A stretch of 64,000 bases of DNA from Octopus sinensis. Taxonomy: Eukaryota. The translations under genes and the position numbers were made by a program. Where the stretch lies: the NCBI RefSeq assembly GCF_006345805.1, contig NC_042998.1:166532001-166596000 (forward strand), in the 5' to 3' direction. The notes under the pieces are model-generated. The model searched no databases. It was not told the DNA's origin and saw only the letters and a list, made by a program, of their open reading frames with translations. Positions 52,934 through 64,000 of the stretch are shown piece by piece (position 1 is the first letter of the stretch; every line of letters starts with the position of its first letter).

Positions 52934-54540
52934 GGCTCGTGCACGAACGTTGAAGTGATCGTTAGTGGTAAGTAAACAGAAGAAATACATCAAGTATTTT
53001 TTTAAATATCTCGTCGACATACAAAGTAACCAATTATAAACAACGTACTCTTACATTTACATGCGATAAATATTAAAACTATTTGCCGCACATTCCATAT
53101 GTACTAATATAGATAGTAACTGTATGTATTCGCCAAAGATTAGAGTTGAAAAGCTTACACACACACACATACACACGCATCATATGTGTCAAGTTGTAAT
53201 AAAAGCTATTGAACATTACACTGAAGAATTACTCAATACGTTTTGTGGAGTACGTTTATTGTACTTTTAGAAGAAGAGGGGTGACACTGCCTTCGACATT
53301 TGGGCCGTCGTCGGTCTGCTAGCCCGGTGATGGATATCAAAAATTTTTTTTCTTGAGCCTTATAGGCTTATTAGGCCAGCGCTTACCCATGTATCTGAGA
53401 GCTTAAGGGTGGTTTCCGTTCGGTGTTCATCACAAGGTTAAACACTGCAGCCTCTGGTATTCATTTCCAGCTTAGTGGACAGGAGCAACGGGAAATTAAA
53501 TGCCCTTCTGAAGATCATAATGTGCCGCCCGGACCAGGAATGGAACACATGACCTAAATATCGTGAACTCAACACTATAACCATTAGGTCACATACCTTC
53601 ACGAATCTTAAACTGATTTCAAACTTTTGTACAATTTCAGAGGAGGGGTAAGTCGATTACATCGACCCCAGTATTCAACTAATACTTACTTTATCGACCT
53701 GAAAGTGATGAAAGGCAAAGTCGACCTCGGCAGAATTTGAACTCAGAACCTGCAGACGGACGAAATGTGACTAAGCATGTTGCCGGACGTGCTAACGATT
53801 CTACCAGCACGCCGCCTTTAATAAATTGCTAATTGAAAATCATTAGTTGTGTAAGCATATATAATTGATAATTGATTTGTGATTAATCAGTCAAATTTAT
53901 GCTATTGCAATGGGCCCGCAACTATAAAAAAATCCACTATCAGTGAAGAGGCTTTTAGTTACGAATAATGGTAAGGCTCAACTAGTCAGAAATCAATTTG
54001 GGGGTAGAAAACCGAGTAGAATGACTGCATCAATGTATGTAGATAACTGGCCCTGCTTTACCAAACTGAAGAATTAAATTAAAATAAAAAAATTGAAATG
54101 CGAGTTATTTTAACATAGAAATAAAAGTACCAAATAATGTCCTTGAAAACATTTATGTAGTCCAGTGTTGCGTTCATCGCAGCTGGTGATGTTAACTATA
54201 GCATGATATTTCTTCAGTATTTCAGAAACTGTTGGTGGTGCTGAAATATGCTATTAATAAAGCAGCGTAAAGTAATATTGCATCTGTATGGCGTTGTAAT
54301 CAATTGCATATATGTATGTATGTATGTATGTATATAGGAATATGTGTGTGTGTGTGCATGCATGTATGTATGTATATGTCTGTGTGTGCATGTATGTATG
54401 CATGTATGTATGTTTGTATGTATGTATGTGTGTATGTATGTATGTATGTATGTATGTATGTATGTATGTTTGTATGTATGTATGCATGCATGCATGTATG
54501 TATGTATGTATGTATGTATGTATGTGTGTATGCATGCATG

Positions 54541-54572
<32 letters not shown>

Positions 54573-54654
54573 TGTATGTGTGTGTGTAGTATGTATGTAT
54601 GTATGTTGTATGTATATGTGTATGTGTGTATTATGTATGTATGTATGTATGTAT

Positions 54655-54817
54655 GTATGTATGTATCTATGTTAGATCACTTTTAAGGCTCTCTTGAGTG
54701 CTACTGGTAACATTGAATCCAGTACAACCTGTTGCATGGTTCGGTCGTCGGCATCTAAAGTGACATATATGTGTTGTGTATGTGTGCTCTGTGTGTGTGT
54801 GTGTTGTTGGTGTGTGT

Positions 54818-54854
<37 letters not shown>

Positions 54855-54860
54855 TATATA

Positions 54861-54904
<44 letters not shown>

Positions 54905-56225
54905 ATTATATATTATATATATATATAAATTTATATTCTAGCAGCTAAGCCCGGTTTCACCCGGTCGGTTTGGTTGATATGGCTGTAAAACCTGCTCTGT
55001 GTAAGCATTCGACTTGTTTAGGCACGCTTACGTTAAAAAACAATTTTAGAATAACATTTTTCTGTCAAAACGCTAAAATTAACTGACCAACAAAAAAAAA
55101 ACAACCAAGATTCAACCACATCAAAAAATAAACCCAAATACTAAGCGAACAAAGATGAACCATCCCATTTTCACTGAGCGCGCACACGCACACAAACAAA
55201 CGCACACACACATTCGTACACTCCCTCTTTTACATATGCACACACATATATTCACACAGAGTTGAAACGCTGTTTGATTTATTTTTTCAGAGTACAATTT
55301 TCATCATCCCACTACCAAGTATGACATCAACCCTTCCTCATCGATGTATCACCACTTCCTTTCTCATTCATAAACACAAGAGTATTACTATAGGCAGATT
55401 ATCTCGGTAACCACGGGAGCTATGAAAAACATGACACCACCTCTTCCTTCCTTATTCATCTATCACCCCTTCTTTCTCATTCATAAACACAAGAGTATTA
55501 TTATAGTAGATCATCTCTGTAACCATGAGAGCTATGAAAATAAAATACAAAGCCCAGCATCACCACCAGATCATTCTACACATCTGTGTAATCTTTCACG
55601 CAATTCCACCCAACCGTTTGACTGTGAATCCCAAGACAAGAAAGAATCGCCCATGTCAAATTTATATATATATATATTTGTGTTTGTGTATATATATATA
55701 TGAATATATGTTTGTATGTATGTATATACATACATATATATATCGAAACAAGGAGGAATACCACAGTCGACGACTGAGGAGGAGTCAGACTTCTTTTGGT
55801 ATTTTGTCCTGTACTTATCTCTCGTTGTGTGTTCACGTATATTTCACTCGTTGGTAATCCTGTTTATATACATATATATATAATGTGGTTTTAGAGTCAG
55901 GTTTTGGCTGCTATATCTAGCATGGTGGCATCTTTCAGATACCCTTAATTATAATTTTAATAATAATTATTAGCTTTGAGGTTTTTATTCCCAGTGGTAT
56001 TTTGACCATATCGCACGAAGAGTTTTAGGCGGGCAATTTAAACTGGTCATGTGAATACGTGCATATATATATATATGTATACGTTCGGTTCTGTATCACT
56101 ATGTGGCACATTGGGCAAGTGTTTTCTGCTATAGCCTTGGGCCGACCAAAACCTTTTGATTGGATATGGTAGACGGAAACTGAAAGAAGCCCGTCTTATA
56201 TATATATATTATATATATATATATC

Positions 56226-56295
<70 letters not shown>

Positions 56296-57458
56296 CGTCT
56301 GTATTTGTGTGTCTGTGTTTGTCCCCACCCCTATCGCTTAACAACTGATGTTTTAACAACTGGTGTGTTTACGTCCCCGTAACTTAGCAGTTCGGCAAAA
56401 TAGACCGACACAATAAGTACCTAGGGACGATTTGTTCTACTAAAGGCGGTGCTCCAGCATGGCCTCAGTCAAATGACTGAAATAAATAAAAGAAAGAATA
56501 GAAGAATATACACACACACAAACACACATACATGCCTACATACATATACACGATGGTCTTCCACAGAGTTTCCGTAAACCAAATTCACTCGCGACGCATT
56601 GGTCAGTTCGGCGTTATAGTAGAAGACACTTACTCAAGGTAACGTGTAGTGGGGTTAAGCCATCGGGTTCCTTGCAGTTTGTTTGAAAAAGTAAAATTTC
56701 TATATCCATCATCAACATTCTAAAACCTTTGTAGTCTCTTGTAGAGAATCACAGCATGTCACTTCGTGTCACTTCTTCTCATAGTATGAGACCAATGCAG
56801 TTGCTAGAGACATTACCGCCGGAATTTTAATTTTAGACACTAAATTTATTAACCAACGGTCGAATGTTCGTGTATTTAATTTTATTTGCGACTAGTGTAT
56901 TTTGTCTTTGTGTATATCTCAACGCGCTTCTTTGTAAGTATTGCCCCGATATTCGTCAGTTTTTGTGGGAATTCTATAGATTAAATACGTGCTGCTCTAT
57001 AATGATTTAGTTCGATGTTTTCTTTTCTATTGTGCGTTTCTATTGTAAAGACATAGAGAAGTGGAGCGTCCTGGTCGTACTTATATTAACCATTATTACA
57101 GTTGAGGTATATAACTTTCACTTTAAATCTGCTTTACAAAACACAATTGCTGATCGTATATCTTTCGCGTGCTTGCATGCCTGTGGTTTGTTGTTGATAA
57201 CATGACTTTACAATTTTACTGTTTTGGTTAGTACTTTAGAATGATAAAATCTGAGGTGTAACCGCAATAAAATACGAGGAGTACTTCTCACAAAGTGCCT
57301 AAAATTGCATGTTTCTTTTAAAAAAATTGGTGTACCTTAACATTTCATATATAATTTTAACTTATACTTGTTTTCAGTCAATGGATTGCGGTCATGCTGG
57401 AGCACTGCCTTGAAGGTTTTAGTCGAACAAATCACCTCCAGTACTTATCTATTTTAAA
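54655..57458 (+). repeat. Segmental duplication, copy 1
   Basis: Near-identical to 61241-64000. Confidence 0.92.
54938..55560 (-). mobile_element. Possible non-autonomous Helitron 3' end with internal ~110-bp tandem repeat
   Basis: Minus strand ...ccgggtgaaaccgggcttagctgCTAG: GC-rich hairpin about 10 nt before a CTAG terminus. Repeat units at 55321-55430 and 55431-55541. Confidence 0.4.
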
Positions 57459-57751
57459 GTCTGATAGTTATTCTATCGGTCTTTCTGCCGAAGTGGTAAG
57501 ATACGAGGATGCAAACAACCTAATACCAGTTGCTAAGTGTCGGGAGAGACACACATAAACACAAGCACTCAGATTCACACACACACACACACGCACACAC
57601 ACATACACACACACACTCTCTCGCACGCAAGCACACGCGCGCGCGCACTAATGAGGAATTAGGTACGAATTTTCTGTTTGTAAAGTTTTTGTAAAATCTT
57701 CCGTTTGTTATGCTTTTGTTAACTTTTTAACCATATAAATGTATATATATA

Positions 57752-57909
57752 TGATCGCTAGCCACTACACATTCTTCATTTTCTGTGTTCCTTTCTGTAG
57801 AAGAGCGTAGGCTCGAAACGTTAAATACTTTTTCACTTCCCGAGCGTTAAACTAATACGTCTGTTTGTTTTCTACACCACCTGTCTTCTTTTGTTTTTTA
57901 CGTGAATTC

Positions 57910-57913
<4 letters not shown>
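57752..57913 (+). mobile_element. Solo Penelope pLTR-like element with HHR variant (57792-57825)
   Basis: ttt-CTGTAGA-a-gagc gtag gctc-GAAA-cg-TT-aaa; matches 12312-12512 and 22198-22333; lies in (TA)n. Confidence 0.7.
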
Positions 57914-57961
<48 letters not shown>

Positions 57962-58017
57962 CAGATAGATTGATACATACATACATACAAACATACATAC
58001 ATACATACATACATACA

Positions 58018-58051
<34 letters not shown>

Positions 58052-58061
58052 CATACATACA

Positions 58062-58092
<31 letters not shown>

Positions 58093-58465
58093 GTGTGTGT
58101 GTATGTATGTAAGTATGTACGTATATTGAAAGGTGCAATTTTAGCCATACTGTTAAGTGTAATCAAACTGGTTGAACTACAAGATCTATCTCACCAAAAT
58201 ACTTAAGAACGGACTAAAACTGAAAGTAATCTTATCAATAACAAACCACAACCACCACAACCTGCGAACGAGATATTATTAGCAAATTTTGACTGATAAA
58301 CACGATTGCTAAAGTGAAAGTTGTACACCTTGTTCATGCTGCTACTACACACTCGAACTAGCTCACCCATTGCACTTACGACGAGAAGCAATTACGATAC
58401 TACAAAGAAAATATTATTGGACATTATTTACTCTATAGAATTCTTACAAAATCCATGATAGAATA

Positions 58466-59741
58466 TCAGATCATCCTATAAGTTCTGTCAGAATTTTTAA
58501 TAAAGAAAACAGGTGATCAAATGTTATATTTAATTGAAATTTAATCATCAATGTACTTTCCCTGATTATCTATGACTTCCTTCCATCTATTTACAAGCTT
58601 TTTAATCCCATCAGTGCAAAACTCTTTTGGTTTCAAAGTGAAGAACTCTGAAATGTGACCTCCTCCTGACTTGCGAAAATTATGTCCCTCAAATGATTCT
58701 GTAAACTACGAAACAAGTGGTAGTCTGAAGGAGCAAGGTCGCGAGAATAAGGTGGATGAGGATTTTTTTCCCAACCAAGCTCTTCGATCTTCTGTAATGT
58801 AATCTTTGCTGTGTTGGGTCGCGCATTGCCCTGATGAAACATCACTCCTTTTCGATTCACAAAAGCGAGTCTTTTTTTCTTCAAACCTTGGTCCAAACAC
58901 TCTAATTGCTGGACTTGAGCATTGATTGTTGATTGTTGCATTAGGCGGTAACAATTCAAAGTGAATTATTCCTTTGCAATCCCGCCAGATAGAGAGAATC
59001 TTTTTCCCATGAAGTTCCCTTCTTGGTTGTGGTTGAGCTTTTTCCCTTTTACCAAGCCACTATTTACGACGTTTAAGATTTCGATAGAAGATCCATTTTT
59101 CGTCACCAGTCACAAATCTATCAAAAAGGGTGAAATGAGTTCGCGAGAATGGAGAGAAGATCAGATGTCAACTCGGGATTCACGGTTGCTTTCCGACAAT
59201 TCATGAGGCTCCCATTTTCCAAGTTTAGGAAACTTTTCAAGTTGTTGAAGATGACGATGAACAGTTGTATGGTTTAAACTAAGCTTTATTGCCAATTCTT
59301 CAACTGATAATGCAGGTTTTTCTTCAATTAATGCCTCAAGGAGCTTGTCATCAAACTCAACTGGACGTCCTGTTCTATCTTCATCTTCAAGGCTGAAATC
59401 TCTACTTCTGATTTTTGCAAACCATCTTCTGCAAGTTCTTTCATTCACACATTCTTTCCCATAAACTGAGTGTATGTTTCGAGTCGCTTCGACTGCAGAG
59501 TTTCCTTTTTGTACTCATAAAGCATTATGTGCCTCAAATGCTCTTGGATGCTTCCATATTAGAAAGGGTTTTAATCAAAGACATTTTAATTCTATTATTC
59601 AGTAAAATAACATTCAATTAGTTTAAATGCACACAAATACATAACCATAATTTACGATTCCATTAGACATTCTAAAATACTATTAAATTTCATTCAGTTT
59701 TAAAAAAGGTGAAATCGGACAGAACTTATGGGATGACCTGA
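58466..59741 (-). mobile_element. Full-length mariner transposon (1276 bp)
   Basis: TIRs tcagatcatcctataagttctgtcaga / tcggacagaacttatgggatgacctga; TA on both sides. Confidence 0.92.
58541..59557 (-). pseudogene. Mariner DD34D transposase, frameshifted
   Basis: HTH region CRRWFAKIRSRDFSLEDEDRTGRP, WEPHELS, VTGDEKWIFY, HQGNARP (second D changed to G), YSRDLAPSDYHLF, ending YIDD*. Confidence 0.92.
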
Positions 59742-60889
59742 TAGTTTCAGCTTTCCTCCTAACCGAGATCAAAAACCAGTCAGATAAGAAACAGTGGATC
59801 TAGCTGCAGACTCCATCATCATCACCTCTAAAACAAGAATTGTGACTCATAATTTTTTAAGTTCTGTATATTTTAGTTCATTCCTTCCATGTAGCCACTC
59901 CACATAACCCTTGATATACCCACTAGAAGCATTACACTTTCTTTGGAAACGCGTGCCGCACATTATTCTCTAACTCTTTCATATTTTAACAGTCTCCTTT
60001 CATGAGCTACCCGCACCATATGCGGTGTCTACTAATGAAGGGGGCGATAATTACGCCGAATACCGTGACTTGTAGTCCATTTTGACCCTTGTAGCAAGTG
60101 TGCTATTAGCATATTTCGTCTCTCAGAAAAAAGTTTTCTTCAATACGACAGTCTACAGCGAAGTGCCATATTCACGTTCGAGTAAGCAGGAACGTGATAG
60201 GAATGACTATACACATCAATGTACGCGTGCGCACATCCTTGTTTTTTTTGTGTTGTGTGTGTGTGTATGTGTGCGTGTGTGTGCGTGTGTGTGCGTGTGC
60301 GTGTGTGCGTGTGTGAGTGTGTATGTGTTCATATATATGCATAACTATAACGACAAATATCACAGCACATTCCCCCTACATCATCCTCTGCATACACCTT
60401 GCTTAAATTAAGAACGGGAAGCGACCACTTTGTAAAAGAGATACCTGCCTTAAACTTTATCTATTTGCTTCATCGAATTCCCATGTGACTTTACTTATTT
60501 CATATAAGTTTTAAAAAGAATTTTATGTTCCCCTTAACCATAGTTTACTCTGTGTCTGGACACTTTACATATAAAAGCTTATCATTATGTCATCATTTCG
60601 GAATCCTCTGATCATTTATCCAAGCAAGACAGCCTGTCTAATTGAAACAAAACGTTATTTGCGCATCATTAACTTGAAACTCATGGCAACAGCTCCCTTC
60701 AAAATCCGTGTCTGGAGTTCGGTGAACGCAGTTGAAATACAGAACAATTCTTAAGCAATATCTGATAAAAGTACTCAAGAACCTTACATATTACTTGTAA
60801 AAGAGCAATAACTCAAGTGAACGAAGGAAAGAAATCTATAAACAAATACTGATTTTTATCTACTGTTGTCTATTTCGTGATGTCGTCTG

Positions 60890-61170
60890 ATGCCTTGCAG
60901 ATATTTTTGTGTTGAAGGAGCAAGAACGGCTGAATTTGCTACTGAACTAAACAAACTTCAACTAAGCTTCACATTTGTATTTCCTGGGGCAAACTGGATG
61001 TTCTTGCCCAAGCTGATGTAGAAATATGGTCCATTAGAATTTTAACATCTTCAGTAGAATGTGCAATTAAGTCGCAGTCATCCACGTAAAGAAGATCATG
61101 AATAATGGATTGATAGTCGTTTGTATTTGCTAGCAAACAACACGCACAAATTGAACGACTACCAGAAGAC
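60890..61170 (-). pseudogene. RTE-like RT fragment
   Basis: DLLYVDDCDLIAHSTEDVKILMDHIS (YADD region). Confidence 0.65.
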
Positions 61171-61240
61171 CATGCCTTACATACATCCCAGAAGAGCGTT
61201 CGTCAGCAAAAACAGATGCATGAACAAAATTCAAAAGCAA

Positions 61241-64000
<2,760 letters not shown>

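Noticed and set aside
52835-53020. Signal-peptide-like ORF MSTRYLKKYLMYFFCLL as a first exon
   Set aside because: No splice donor is evident and the ORF runs into an (ATA)n microsatellite.

Overview
Eukaryotic, very AT-rich and microsatellite-dense DNA made up almost entirely of transposable elements. The repeat content ((TA)n, (TATG)n, (TATC)n, tRNA-headed SINEs) suggests an octopus/cephalopod genome; this is an inference. Almost all ORFs in the supplied track are microsatellite translations. Real coding remnants are: a near full-length Tx1-clade LINE (4698-10064) with a 15-bp TSD inside a SINE head; a complete but decayed mariner (58466-59741); and fragments of Penelope-like, RTE, CR1-like and older Tx1 LINEs. 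Two themes stand out. (1) Many (TA)n/(ATT)n-embedded, Penelope-pLTR/retrozyme-like elements carry hammerhead ribozyme (HHR) motifs: canonical cores, A6U/U4C core variants and a permuted GAAA...CUGAnGA arrangement, often inside long fold-back palindromes. (2) SINEs and LINEs share 3' ends: one SINE tail matches the Tx1 LINE and those copies always sit 5' of GGTATT, including nested in their own family's head; a second SINE tail matches a CR1-like LINE. A few minus-strand exon candidates suggest the window may be intronic sequence of an unidentified gene. A block of at least 2.7 kb is duplicated at the right end. SINE names A-D are my own labels, and repeat boundaries were read by eye.
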